A stretch of 62,379 nucleotides of DNA from the IMG/VR virus record IMGVR_UViG_3300011415_000001, positions 1-62,379 of that record. One strand, given 5' to 3'. Source of the DNA: a virus. Taxonomy: Duplodnaviria > Caudoviricetes. The notes under the pieces are model-generated. The model was not told where the DNA came from, made no database searches, and saw only the letters and a list, made by a program, of their open reading frames with translations. Both the position numbers and the translations under genes were made by a program. This document shows positions 43,356 to 52,867 of the stretch, piece by piece (positions within the stretch are counted from its first letter, which is position 1; each line of letters starts with the position of its first letter).

Positions 43356-45703
43356 GAGTGAACCTCCTCGAACTCAGCGGCGAGCGCTCCGCAGCGACAG
43401 CCGATGCTTTCCTCTGGCGGCGCGTTCGGATCCATCGGCCAACGCACGTTCGGCGCGAACTCCTGACCGAGCGGGACGATCATTCCGTTCCTGGCCTGAT
43501 GCGCGAGGCGCGTAGCGTCGTCGTCCTCGGCGACCCACTCGATCATGGACACGCCCGAGTCCTTCATCTGATCGACGGCGCCGTTCTGCCGCGCCCAGTT
43601 CGTCTCGGTGCGAGCGATCATCATCGCCCGCTGTTCCTTCGTCGCGAACGCCTTCGCGAGCTTGCCCTCGAGCTCGGGCAGGTTGCGGCGGAGCAGCTCG
43701 CGCAGCGAAGCCTCTGGGCCTGCATCGCCTGCGAAGACGCGCAGGATGGTTGTGCGAACTTGCTGCGCGAGCGTGCTCGTTACTCCCTCGGCAAGCTCTG
43801 CGACGTGGGCCGCGAGCTTCTCGAGAATGCGCGGTGACGTGATGTCGAGCAGCGCCTTCCCGATGTCCTGTGCCGCGCGCTCGGCCCCGTCCTTGTAGAT
43901 CGCGCGCATGCGCCCACCGGTGAGCGAGCGCATCGATCGCGCCCAGCGCTCGAGCGCCTGGTCGAGGAGCTTGATGTCTTCGACGGTGAGCTTGTCGCCC
44001 TTGGAGACGATGACGTCGAGCATGGGCGAGGCGCGCGTGAGCACGCCGTCCTCGGAGCGTCGGCCCGCGGCGATGGCGCGCAGGTGTGCGATCTCGGCGG
44101 CCCCGAAGCGCCGGAACCAACCGGCGAGGCGCTCCCGAATCTTCTCGTCGCCCTCCTTCGTGACCGCTCGGCGCGCACGCGCGGAGAGCAGAGCTCGGCG
44201 GGAAAGGGCAGGGACGGGAAGAGTTCTCGCGGGCTTCCCGTCCCCGTCGCCTCCGGCCTCCAAAGCCGGATCCTCTTCCTCGTCCTCTCCATCGTCCGGG
44301 GCCAAGTCACCAGGTCCCGGAATCTCTTCCTCGGTCTCCACCCGCGAGAATGCGGGCGAGATCAGCTTGACACTCCCGAGCTCCGGCAGGTCCGTGTCGG
44401 TCCCCTGCAGGTGCATCGCCTCGTCGAAGGAGACGCCGATGCCGAGCGCGGAGGTGCGAGCCGCTTTCTCCATCTGCTCGCCGCGAATCTCCTTCAGCGC
44501 CGAGATGTGCGAGGCGTCGAATGCGGGCCAGCCCTCCCATGCCGCATCGCTCGAGGCGAGCCGCGCGAGCAAGCGGTTCCGCACCACGTCGCAGACGTTG
44601 CGGCCGAAAGCGAGCACTCCGTTGACCCCACCCCAGTGCTCGCGGTGCGCCGTCGAGACGTTGTTGTAGGTCGCCGAGTCGTAGACCCCGACCACGGGCC
44701 CGGGCACGCCGAAGATCGCGAGGATCGTGTCGCGCCCGTTCTCGAGGAGCGTCGAGTAGTCGGCGACGTCGATGGTCGAGGGCTTCGGTGTCACCTTCGC
44801 CGTCGAGTCGAGCAGCGTGTAGCGCCCCGCGTTCTGCGATTCGGACTCCTCGTCGAGCACGAGCTTTCGGCGCTCGAGCTCGTCCGCCGCAACGCGCTCC
44901 TGGTAGGTGATCCAGCATCCCGGGTCGCCCCCGTGCTGGAGCGATGCGTCGAGGAAGCGCTCCGCCTGGTACATGAGCGCCGCGGTCGCAAAGGCGCTCT
45001 CGCCGTCGCCGACGCCGTGCAGGAGGTTCTTCGGGTCGTGATCGAGGAACGAGACGACCGAGTGCGCGGGGAACTCGATCTGCGCGCCGGCCTTGCCCTT
45101 GTAGCGGTAGGCGATGGGGAAGCCGAGGTCGTTTGTCTTCACCTCGACGGCCGAGCCGCGCACGATGATGAGAATCTCCGGCGCTTCGGTGAGGCGGAGG
45201 AGCTCGGGGTTGCCGGCGAGCGGCTTCCCGTTCCGCTTGGCGAGGAACCAATAGCATTCCCCGTCGAGGCAAAAGAACTTGACGTGGCACTGCCAGAGCT
45301 CGGCCTGCGTCAGGAGCGGATTCGGGTTCGCGAGCAGGCGCAGCAGCGGGTGGTTCGCGATCGGCTGCGCGTCCTTGTCGGTCGCGGAATCTCGGTCGTA
45401 GACGACGAGCGGGAGCTGGGAGAGCCCGCCCGCCTTTGCCTTGACCGCGATCCGGACCCAGGGGTTCTCCGCGTAGACGTCGGTGAGCTGCTCGCCGCCG
45501 GTTGATGGCGAGATCGAGAAGCCGAGGCCCTGGATTACGTCCTGTCCGCTCGAGCGCAGGTTGAGCCCGGGGATCTGCGAGCGACGCGCCGGAGAAGGGC
45601 CGATCTCGGAGACGGAGTAGCTCCCGCCGACGAGCTCGCGCTGTTTCCTTTCCGCTCGAGCCGACCACTCACGGTCGTGCCCGTTGACTTTGGCCTCCAC
45701 CAT
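43352..45703 (-). CDS. Portal protein fused to a Mu gpF-like minor head domain
   Basis: HPLLRLLANPNP...GECYW...IFGVPGPVVG; C-terminal RAMMIARTET...W...TR..H...G.F...CRC. Confidence 0.88.
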   Translation of the reverse strand: MVEAKVNGHDREWSARAERKQRELVGGSYSVSEIGPSPARRSQIPGLNLRSSGQDVIQGLGFSISPSTGGEQLTDVYAENPWVRIAVKAKAGGLSQLPLVVYDRDSATDKDAQPIANHPLLRLLANPNPLLTQAELWQCHVKFFCLDGECYWFLAKRNGKPLAGNPELLRLTEAPEILIIVRGSAVEVKTNDLGFPIAYRYKGKAGAQIEFPAHSVVSFLDHDPKNLLHGVGDGESAFATAALMYQAERFLDASLQHGGDPGCWITYQERVAADELERRKLVLDEESESQNAGRYTLLDSTAKVTPKPSTIDVADYSTLLENGRDTILAIFGVPGPVVGVYDSATYNNVSTAHREHWGGVNGVLAFGRNVCDVVRNRLLARLASSDAAWEGWPAFDASHISALKEIRGEQMEKAARTSALGIGVSFDEAMHLQGTDTDLPELGSVKLISPAFSRVETEEEIPGPGDLAPDDGEDEEEDPALEAGGDGDGKPARTLPVPALSRRALLSARARRAVTKEGDEKIRERLAGWFRRFGAAEIAHLRAIAAGRRSEDGVLTRASPMLDVIVSKGDKLTVEDIKLLDQALERWARSMRSLTGGRMRAIYKDGAERAAQDIGKALLDITSPRILEKLAAHVAELAEGVTSTLAQQVRTTILRVFAGDAGPEASLRELLRRNLPELEGKLAKAFATKEQRAMMIARTETNWARQNGAVDQMKDSGVSMIEWVAEDDDATRLAHQARNGMIVPLGQEFAPNVRWPMDPNAPPEESIGCRCGALAAEFEEVHS

Positions 45704-45755
45704 GGGCAGGCTTCGGTCTAGAATTGAGCGCGCGTCGAGGGGTAGCGTTTGGGGG

Positions 45756-45778
45756 GATGTTTACCACCGTGGATGGCG
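45756..45778. promoter_or_regulatory. 23-bp motif, copy 2 (GATGTTTACCACCGTGGATGGCG)
   Basis: Between the divergent portal and RHH-like genes; matches 21219-21241. Confidence 0.6.
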
Positions 45779-45782
45779 TCAC

Positions 45783-46058
45783 TTGAGCGAGTCGGAGTGG
45801 TCCGGTCGGGAGCGAAACGGGCGTTTCCAGCGCGGGCATGCGAAGCTTCCGGGCGCCGCCTCGTTCCCGGTCGGTCATCCCTGGTTCGGCCCGCCGCGCC
45901 TCGGTGCAAAGCGACTGCGCGCGACCTACGGGATCTGCCTCTCGATGACGCAAGCTGAGCTCGTACAGGCCCGCGCGCGCGCTGAGGGGATGACGATCTC
46001 GGCCTGGTTTCGGAAGCTCGCAGAGCGTGAGATCGTAATGAGAGCGAGGAAGAGCTGA
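45783..46058 (+). CDS. Putative ribbon-helix-helix regulator
   Basis: Likely TTG start at 45783; GRFQRGH motif; ICLS..QAELVQARARAEGMTISAWFRKL. Confidence 0.55.
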   Translation: MSESEWSGRERNGRFQRGHAKLPGAASFPVGHPWFGPPRLGAKRLRATYGICLSMTQAELVQARARAEGMTISAWFRKLAEREIVMRARKS

Positions 46059-46612
46059 TGCCCTACACGAACCTGGCCGCGACGGATCGGATCTCGGACA
46101 CGCGGGCGGTGCTGAACGGGGTGAGCACGAGGACCGACACTCTCGACTTCGTGAGGCATTGCGATTCCGCGGCTGGCACGGCGCCGGTTCTCGTCGAAGA
46201 CGGACTCGCGCTGATCGAGGAGTTCGCCCTCTCTGATCGCGTCTACTGCCTCTGGCGTATTCCGCCCGAGATCGATCGCACGGTGAATGCGACGCTCACG
46301 CTCGACCTATGCACGCGCGGTGCCGAGGCGTCGAAGAATTGCAGCTTCGACCTCGCCATTCTCTCGATGAACTCGTCGGGCAACACTGCGATCGGAGCCG
46401 CAACGGGCACGGTTCAGATCGTGAACAGCGCGCTCCCGACTTCGAATGACGTGATCTGGAAAGCGACGGTGAGCGTCCCGGTCGCGACCTACTTCACGTC
46501 CGCGACGATCGAGGCGCTGTCGATCAGGATCACGCGCGTGGCCGCGGCTGCGGATCCGACTGCGGCGGTGGGGGTGATGGGAGTGGCGATCACGTTCGGC
46601 GTGGTGAGGTAG
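46058..46612 (+). CDS. Short fibre/receptor-binding-like jelly-roll protein, inverted orientation
   Basis: N-terminal TD.ISD.R.VLN; WRIPP.ID...IRITRVAA..D...MGVAITF. Confidence 0.55.
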   Translation: MPYTNLAATDRISDTRAVLNGVSTRTDTLDFVRHCDSAAGTAPVLVEDGLALIEEFALSDRVYCLWRIPPEIDRTVNATLTLDLCTRGAEASKNCSFDLAILSMNSSGNTAIGAATGTVQIVNSALPTSNDVIWKATVSVPVATYFTSATIEALSIRITRVAAAADPTAAVGVMGVAITFGVVR

Positions 46613-46780
46613 CGCGATGGGCTTCTCCTGCATGCCGAGCGCGCAGTCGATCATGGAACTCAACGTCGCTATTCCGTTCGTCGTCTATCGTGGCCCAACG
46701 ACCCAACCGTCTCGACGACTGCACGGCGGGCGCCATCGATCGCGACAGAGCCGAGTAGCTCTCAGGCGGGATTACGCGCG

Positions 46781-48514
46781 CTAATCAAACGCCGCCCCGC
46801 TCTGTCTCGCCCCGCGCAACCGCCTGCGCCGCCTCTTGACCGCCGAGAGGATGGCTGGTCCTCCATGTAGCATCCGGCTCGGCGCCCGCGTCTCGCGCAG
46901 GGCCAGCACGTCGGCGTCGGCGTGGTCAGGCGAGCGCCCATGCCGCGCGATGATGTCTTCCTTGGGCTCGAGGAGGATGAGCGGCCCGTCCTTCCCGATC
47001 TCGCGATCGAAGCGCGCCCACTGGAGCTGGTCCCACGAGCGAGCGAAGCGCTTGGGGATCATGGCCATCCCCTCCTGCAAGAGCCGGCGCGCGGCCCAGT
47101 ACATCTCGGCCCGCGCGTTCTTCGCCCGCTGCATCCCAACGACGCCGAGCCACTGACCGGACGGGCCCGCCCCGAAGTTCACGCGATCGGCGTAGAAGCC
47201 CTGTTGCGCGAGCCGGTCGCAGACGCCGACCATTCCCGAGTCGTCGACGCTCACGCGTTCGCCCGGGATCGGCGAGCCGTCCCAGCGATCGGGGAAGAGC
47301 TCGTGCAGGTCCTCTCCCCAGCGCACGGCGAAGGCGATGATCAGGCCCGCCACGGTCATCAACGCCTCGGCGTCGTCTCTGTCGCCGCGGTGCTCGTACT
47401 CCTCGATCTTCTCGCCGTCGAAGAACAGGGACAGGATCGTCGGGTCGTGCGTCGCGCCGACGTCGACGCCGACGCGCGGCCCAAGCTGGGGTCTCCGGAA
47501 GATCGCGAGCGCGCCTTCGAGGATCGTCCGCGTGATCACGCTGCGCGAAGTCGAGCCCGCCGAGAACTGGCCGAGCCAGTCCGAGAGGAACAGCGGATCC
47601 GTCTTCTCGTAGAGCCGATCAGCCTCCTCTTTCGACTCAGAGGAGATGATGTACTCGGGCACCTTGTAGAAGGCGCGATCGACGGGTAGCGGGTCCTCGT
47701 GCGTCGCCTCTGGAAACGCGCTGATTTTGATCTTGTGGTACTTGGAGCCTGGCTTGAACACGTGCACGAACTCGTGGTCATCGTCGAGCCCGAGCATTGG
47801 GTTTCCCTGCATCAGGCAGTAGGCGTTGCGCCTGAGGAACATCCCGCGCAGCACACGGAATACTTCCTGGTCCTCGATCCCCTGCGCCTCGTCGATTAGC
47901 ACGAGCAGGCGGATCGCCGAGTCCAGCTCCTCGAGCGTATGCGCGATCGCGGCAGCGGGATCGTCTGAATCGGGGTCCTCCGGCATGACGATGCCAGAGT
48001 GGTAGCCGCGCAGCCGGTTCGCGTTCTTGCTCGGGATCGCGACCGCGTAGTGCTCGGGATCCAGGCGCAGCGAGAGAACAGTCTCCTCGCCTGCAAGCGG
48101 GATCCTGGCGCCAGCCTTCGCGCCCAGGACATGCGACCACACGACGTCCCGCGCGTGCTCTAGCGTCGTGGAGAGCGCAAGCACGCGGCTCGGTGCCGTG
48201 TAGAAGAACGTCGGGATGATCGCCCGCGCCGAGGTGTAGGTCTTCGTCGATGACCGGCAGCCACGGACGGCGACGAAGCGATGCCTGAACAAGGCCTCGA
48301 TCGTGTAGCGCTGTGCTTCCCAGAGAGCGATTCGCCCCGTCTTCGGGTGCGAGAGTCCGAGGACGTCGCGGGCGAAGTCGAGCTCGCGGCCCTGATACTC
48401 CGGAAACCATGGAGAGGCGCGGCCAACTGTCGCGTTGCCGAAGGTCGCAGGGTGCACCTTGCCCACGGCGCACATCGCGTCGGCGATCATTTCTAGGCTC
48501 GGGTCGAGCAGCAC
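46781..48514 (-). CDS. terL: Terminase large subunit
   Basis: Q motif WEAQ, variant Walker A, VLIDEAQG, GNP, GVDVG..D, N.RAEMYW, GRSPDHADA. Confidence 0.9.
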   Translation of the reverse strand: MLLDPSLEMIADAMCAVGKVHPATFGNATVGRASPWFPEYQGRELDFARDVLGLSHPKTGRIALWEAQRYTIEALFRHRFVAVRGCRSSTKTYTSARAIIPTFFYTAPSRVLALSTTLEHARDVVWSHVLGAKAGARIPLAGEETVLSLRLDPEHYAVAIPSKNANRLRGYHSGIVMPEDPDSDDPAAAIAHTLEELDSAIRLLVLIDEAQGIEDQEVFRVLRGMFLRRNAYCLMQGNPMLGLDDDHEFVHVFKPGSKYHKIKISAFPEATHEDPLPVDRAFYKVPEYIISSESKEEADRLYEKTDPLFLSDWLGQFSAGSTSRSVITRTILEGALAIFRRPQLGPRVGVDVGATHDPTILSLFFDGEKIEEYEHRGDRDDAEALMTVAGLIIAFAVRWGEDLHELFPDRWDGSPIPGERVSVDDSGMVGVCDRLAQQGFYADRVNFGAGPSGQWLGVVGMQRAKNARAEMYWAARRLLQEGMAMIPKRFARSWDQLQWARFDREIGKDGPLILLEPKEDIIARHGRSPDHADADVLALRETRAPSRMLHGGPAILSAVKRRRRRLRGARQSGAAFD

Positions 48515-48530
48515 GCCAGGATCTTAGACC

Positions 48531-49214
48531 TTACGGCAGAGCTTCGGCGGCCACGACGCCCCGCACCGCAAGCCTCCCGCCCATCACCTCGGTATCGAGC
48601 CGCGAAAGCACCCGGGAAGAGACCTCCGGCGCCGTCTCCGCCCGCAGGATATCGAAGATCGCGCGCACGAAGACCTCGGCCTGTTGCCTGTTCAGCACGT
48701 TCGCGCCGCGCAGCATCGTGTCGAGCGTCTCGCTCACCGCCCGATGCAGGCGTTCCGTGCGATCGAGCAGGATCGCATACGCCTTGTCCTCGTCGGCACC
48801 TTTCGCTAGATGGCTCTGCAGGAGCATCATCGCGCGCTGGCGTGCGTCCATTTCGGCCGTGGCGTCGGTTGCTTCCGCGAAGAGTTCGCGCGCGCGCTTG
48901 CGCCACTCAGGGGAATCACCCTGGTCGAGACGCTTCGCCGCCTCGCGCATCGCGACCTCGAAGACGGCGACGGTGCGGCGCAGGTTCAGGAGTTCGTCGT
49001 CGTCAGCGGCCTCCGCGATCGCCTTGCCGCGCGAGCCGAAGCACTGAGCCCACTTGGAGTAGCGGCCGGTCTTCCATGCCGGGTTCGCCGGACCCGAGAG
49101 CGACTTGCCGCCGTGGAAGCGGCAACGCCGCGCGCCTGGCACCGGAGACTTCCGGCATTTGCCACCGCTACGCGTCTTCGCTCCGCAGTTCTCCATGGAC
49201 CGGCCCGCAACCAT
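48531..49214 (-). CDS. terS: Terminase small subunit with an HGGxSTG-like domain
   Basis: CGAKTRSG..C...RCRFHGGKS...N..KTGRYS; directly upstream of terL. Confidence 0.7.
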   Translation of the reverse strand: MVAGRSMENCGAKTRSGGKCRKSPVPGARRCRFHGGKSLSGPANPAWKTGRYSKWAQCFGSRGKAIAEAADDDELLNLRRTVAVFEVAMREAAKRLDQGDSPEWRKRARELFAEATDATAEMDARQRAMMLLQSHLAKGADEDKAYAILLDRTERLHRAVSETLDTMLRGANVLNRQQAEVFVRAIFDILRAETAPEVSSRVLSRLDTEVMGGRLAVRGVVAAEALP

Positions 49215-49226
49215 GGGCCGCTCACG

Positions 49227-49475
49227 TCACGGCGCCTGCACCGTCGAATCTTGGAGCTCCCCTGCGCGCGCGGTCACTTCGTCGAGCTCCGCTTTCAGCC
49301 GCTCATTCTCCTCCGTCGCAGCCGCGAGCTCCGCGCTCATCTCGGAGCAGAGCGACTCGGCCGCCTGCAGCGCGAGCTTGAGGTGCTGGAGTTGCGGCTC
49401 GACCGCGCTGATCGCGGCGCTGAGCGCGCTTCGGACTTCGTGGGCTACTCTCTGATCGTGGGCGTGGTCACTCAT
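49227..49475 (-). CDS. Coiled-coil hypothetical protein
   Basis: ORF track. Confidence 0.55.
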   Translation of the reverse strand: MSDHAHDQRVAHEVRSALSAAISAVEPQLQHLKLALQAAESLCSEMSAELAAATEENERLKAELDEVTARAGELQDSTVQAP

Positions 49476-49845
49476 GGTTTTCTCGTGTCACCGACTTCAT
49501 GTCGTCAAGTAGCTCGGCGAGCGCCGCCGGAGCCGGACCATCGAGCCCGCGTGTCGCGAGATCCTTAGTCGCTTCCATGCGCTCACGCATCACGCGCGCC
49601 TGCTTCGCCGGATCCTGCTCCTGTGTGATCTCCCAGACGATGGCGCGCAGCTCGTTCCAGCTCGCGACCGGGAAGCCGAGGAACTTCTGCTGCGTTGCTG
49701 GCGCATCCATGAGAAAGATCCATCCGGAGCCGCCACACTCGCTGCATCTGCGCAGCACCAACACATCCGCGCTGTCCCTCGGATCGTTCTCAATCTTGAT
49801 TGATCCGGCCCCATCACAGCACGGGCACTTGTGGGGCGTGGTCAT
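49468..49845 (-). CDS. CxxCxGxG zinc-finger protein
   Basis: CPCCDGAG...CSECGGSG. Confidence 0.6.
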   Translation of the reverse strand: MTTPHKCPCCDGAGSIKIENDPRDSADVLVLRRCSECGGSGWIFLMDAPATQQKFLGFPVASWNELRAIVWEITQEQDPAKQARVMRERMEATKDLATRGLDGPAPAALAELLDDMKSVTRENHE

Positions 49846-50024
49846 GATTCGACTTCTTCCTGTGCGAAGAGAGCGAAGCGAACCATCGCCTCGGAATCGA
49901 ATTCCAGACCGCCGCGCAGTGCTAGGTCCACGGCGACGAGCGCGGGGTTATCGTTGCCGACATCGATCTCCGGATGGTGCTCGGCAAACCAGCGCCGCCC
50001 AGCCTCGTAGGGATCGGTGCTCAT
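49842..50024 (-). CDS. Hypothetical protein
   Basis: Coupled ORF. Confidence 0.55.
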   Translation of the reverse strand: MSTDPYEAGRRWFAEHHPEIDVGNDNPALVAVDLALRGGLEFDSEAMVRFALFAQEEVES

Positions 50025-50251
50025 GCCGGCACCGTCCAGTACGGATGTCCGCCGGCCTGCTCGTAGGCGAGCTGTGCTGATTCGCGGATGAAAGAGAGGC
50101 GCTCTAGGCGTTGCTCGCGCGTCAGATCGTCCCAGTCGTCTTGCAGGTCATGCGCTGCGACCGCGGCGCGCACGACGAAGCCGCGCGTACGCCGATCGAT
50201 CTTTCGCTCGGTGAGCGAGCGCGCGCTTAGCGGGTAGTGGCGGGCGGTCAT
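50021..50251 (-). CDS. Hypothetical protein
   Basis: Coupled ORF. Confidence 0.55.
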   Translation of the reverse strand: MTARHYPLSARSLTERKIDRRTRGFVVRAAVAAHDLQDDWDDLTREQRLERLSFIRESAQLAYEQAGGHPYWTVPA

Positions 50252-50529
50252 CGTTCTCCCCCCAGGATCTCGCGGTCGAGCTTCTCGGCCTGAGCGCGGC
50301 CGAAGTCGCGGAAAAACACCGACTCGGCGTCATCGCGCAACGGGTAGCCGCAGATCACGATGGGCGCGTCCAGGCCGCCCGGATGGATGAAGGAGTCCTC
50401 GACGCCCCAACGCGGCGGTTGGCGCTGGAACGGGATGCAGATGGTGGTCGACGGCGCCTCCGCCTTCTTCTTCCTCCACGGCAGCGCGAGCGCGGCGAGG
50501 GAGGCGAGGATCGAGCGGCGCGTCAGCAT
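50248..50529 (-). CDS. Small protein with a twin-arginine-like N-terminus
   Basis: MLTRRSILASLAALALP. Confidence 0.6.
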   Translation of the reverse strand: MLTRRSILASLAALALPWRKKKAEAPSTTICIPFQRQPPRWGVEDSFIHPGGLDAPIVICGYPLRDDAESVFFRDFGRAQAEKLDREILGGER

Positions 50530-50545
50530 GGGGGTTCCTCCAGAG

Positions 50546-50914
50546 TCACGCGAGCGCGCTCCACTTCCCCCGCCTGTCGTACTGTTCTACCCGAATTGCG
50601 CCGCTGGCGTCGGCCACGCAGCGGACGCGCGGACTCGACACGCGAGATATGTCACACGGAGCGAAGTGGGACTCATCGACTTGGTGTATGACGAAGCCCC
50701 TCCGGACGTGGTCGTACGAGACGGAGTAGTAACAGCCGAATCGCACACGCCCCGTGCTCGGTGTATCGCTGAGCCCCGGACCTGGTTCGCGAATTGCGAG
50801 CAACCCAGGCCCGCGAGCAATCACCTCCGGCGAAGCCTTTGGTTTTCGCATCAGCGCCCCGACGAACGGCAGTCCTGCGAGCGCGCCCAAGATCGATCTT
50901 CGCGTGAGGCTCAT
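50546..50914 (-). CDS. Small protein with a twin-arginine-like N-terminus
   Basis: MSLTRRSILGALAGLPFVGAL; ATG 50914. Confidence 0.6.
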   Translation of the reverse strand: MSLTRRSILGALAGLPFVGALMRKPKASPEVIARGPGLLAIREPGPGLSDTPSTGRVRFGCYYSVSYDHVRRGFVIHQVDESHFAPCDISRVSSPRVRCVADASGAIRVEQYDRRGKWSALA

Positions 50915-51054
50915 TGCTTGGGCCGCGCGCCGTTGAACTTGTACGCGATCAGCGCCATTGCCTGACCGAAGCCGCGGAGGTTCTCCGCGAGGCTGGCGAT
51001 GACCTTCGTCATTCTCTCGGCCGCCTCGCACAGCTTGCCTTTCGATTCGCTCAC
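50911..51054 (-). CDS. Small hypothetical protein
   Basis: GTG 51054; coupled at both ends. Confidence 0.45.
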   Translation of the reverse strand: MSESKGKLCEAAERMTKVIASLAENLRGFGQAMALIAYKFNGARPKQ

Positions 51055-51266
51055 CGCTTCGATTCCTCCAGCATGAGATGCAGGCGCACCAGTTCGTCGA
51101 CATTCCACACGGTCTCTCCGTTCTCAACGTGCACGCAGCGCCGCATCTGCTCGACGAGCTCGGGGTGCTCGCGCGTAGCGCGAACGCCGGCCACAAGCAG
51201 CGCGAGGTTCGCGACGAGGTAGAGGCCAGCAAGCGCGGTGAGGAGGGAGCGGCGGGTCAGACGCAC
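51051..51266 (-). CDS. Small protein with a twin-arginine-like N-terminus
   Basis: MRLTRRSLLTALAGLYLVANLALLVAG; GTG 51266. Confidence 0.55.
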   Translation of the reverse strand: MRLTRRSLLTALAGLYLVANLALLVAGVRATREHPELVEQMRRCVHVENGETVWNVDELVRLHLMLEESKR

Positions 51267-51568
51267 GGACGATGCCCCTCGATCTCGAGTAACCGTTGCG
51301 CACGGGTCTCGTCCCACATCGCTGGGAATAGCTCGAGCAGGATTGCGCGGCAGTCGTTGTGCAGCTTCGGAATGAAATCGGCGTAGTGTTCGCTGTTGGT
51401 CTCGCACACCGCATCCGACTCGTCGGTCTCGATCGCGTAGTAGCTATTGCGCGGGGACTCTTCGCACCGGTCCCATGTGTCGCTGTTGTAGAGCATCACC
51501 AGCGCGCGGGCCTTCGCCTCGATCTTCGCTACGCGCTCGGCGATCGCTTTCGGGTCCTCGCTCACCAC
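51257..51568 (-). CDS. Ead/Ea22-like hypothetical protein
   Basis: IEAKA...W...ADFIPKLHN...ILLEL. Confidence 0.5.
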   Translation of the reverse strand: MVSEDPKAIAERVAKIEAKARALVMLYNSDTWDRCEESPRNSYYAIETDESDAVCETNSEHYADFIPKLHNDCRAILLELFPAMWDETRAQRLLEIEGHRPCV

Positions 51569-51795
51569 TGGATCTCCTCGAACAGCGACGCGGCAGCCTC
51601 CGCGGTGACGAAGTAGTGAAGCTGCCCGGTCGCTACATCGTGCGTGGTGGAGTGTCCGTCAGCGTAGCGCCGCGTGATCTCCTGCCGGTCGTACTCGATG
51701 CCGAGCTCCAAGCAGAGAAACTCCTCGCGGGTGATCACGCCATGGACGAACGCCTCGAAGCGCTCGTGCATCGGCATGGGGCGTTCGCTGTTCAC
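51562..51795 (-). CDS. Hypothetical protein
   Basis: GTG 51795; coupled. Confidence 0.5.
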   Translation of the reverse strand: MNSERPMPMHERFEAFVHGVITREEFLCLELGIEYDRQEITRRYADGHSTTHDVATGQLHYFVTAEAAASLFEEIQW

Positions 51796-52142
51796 GCGAT
51801 CACCCTCAGCACGCGGCGCGCACACTCCCACGGATCGCGCACGAGATCCCACTCGCGCACTTGGCCGACGTAGCGCATGGTCGCGCCCGATGCCATGAAC
51901 GACCACGCCGGCTTTCGCCGCGCCGAGAACGGATCGGGATGCCGCCCACCCCAGCGCATGCGGACCCCGGCGGCGCGAAGCGCCCAGCGGAATTCGAACT
52001 TACAGCGCCGCAGTGAGAAGCCGAGCTTGCGATCGACGATCGGCGCGGGCTCGCCGAGACGCGACTTGTAGAAGCCGTGCAGCTCGGGATCGAGCGTCGC
52101 GTAGTGGTCCCAGCTCTCGTAGCGGTCCAGCACCGGCTTCAC
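51792..52142 (-). CDS. Hypothetical protein
   Basis: GTG 52142 after GGAGAGG. Confidence 0.5.
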   Translation of the reverse strand: MKPVLDRYESWDHYATLDPELHGFYKSRLGEPAPIVDRKLGFSLRRCKFEFRWALRAAGVRMRWGGRHPDPFSARRKPAWSFMASGATMRYVGQVREWDLVRDPWECARRVLRVIA

Positions 52143-52188
52143 GGCCTCTCCTGTACTCCCCGCGCCCCGTGCCTGCAAGCCCTGGCCC

Positions 52189-52446
52189 TCACTCGACCAC
52201 CAAGACCGTCCAACGCGCGCCGCACACGCCGCAGCATCGGTACTCGAGAGCCCACCACCGTCCGGCGAATAGTCGGTCGCGGACGATCCTGGCAGGCATT
52301 GACTTCCTCCGGCACGGGCCGCACTCCCTGGCCACCGCGTCCGAAAGGCGTATGTCCGGGACCACGGCACGGAGCAGGTTGCCGTGGCGGTCCCAGTAGA
52401 GGACGCCCCCGAGCTTCTCCTCCACGATCTCGGGCGGCCAGGTCAT
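52189..52446 (-). CDS. Zinc-ribbon protein
   Basis: CGPC...CGVC. Confidence 0.55.
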   Translation of the reverse strand: MTWPPEIVEEKLGGVLYWDRHGNLLRAVVPDIRLSDAVARECGPCRRKSMPARIVRDRLFAGRWWALEYRCCGVCGARWTVLVVE

Positions 52447-52540
52447 CGACGTGGGTCCTCCTCCGAATCCCAGATCACCGCGCCGAGCCGATCGAGCGAG
52501 ATGGCGAGGGGGTAGGTCATGGGGTGGGTGACGAGAGGGG

Positions 52541-52867
52541 TCAGTGCAAGGCGTCCCACGTTCCCAGTAGCGTGAGCGTGTGCACGAGCTGATCGAGGCC
52601 GATCACAGCGAACGCCCAGTGGATCTCCTTGGCCGCGAAGAGTCGAGACGTGGCGCGACTCGTGAAGTAGTCCGTGACGAGATGCGCGACGCCGTTGCAG
52701 ACGGCCCAGAGCGGACCGAGAACCAGGAGCGCCGCGGTGTATACGCCGATGTGGACGAGCAGCGGCTTCCATGCCTTGCTCTTGTTCTGCGCCATCCAGT
52801 CGGACTGGAGTAGGAAGTCGGCGACGTAGTGCACCGCGAGGATAAGAGCGATCGTGCCGTAGCTCAT
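52541..52867 (-). CDS. DUF3307-family membrane protein
   Basis: HYVADFLLQ..WMA..K...H...Y...H...D...GLDQLVH. Confidence 0.8.
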   Translation of the reverse strand: MSYGTIALILAVHYVADFLLQSDWMAQNKSKAWKPLLVHIGVYTAALLVLGPLWAVCNGVAHLVTDYFTSRATSRLFAAKEIHWAFAVIGLDQLVHTLTLLGTWDALH

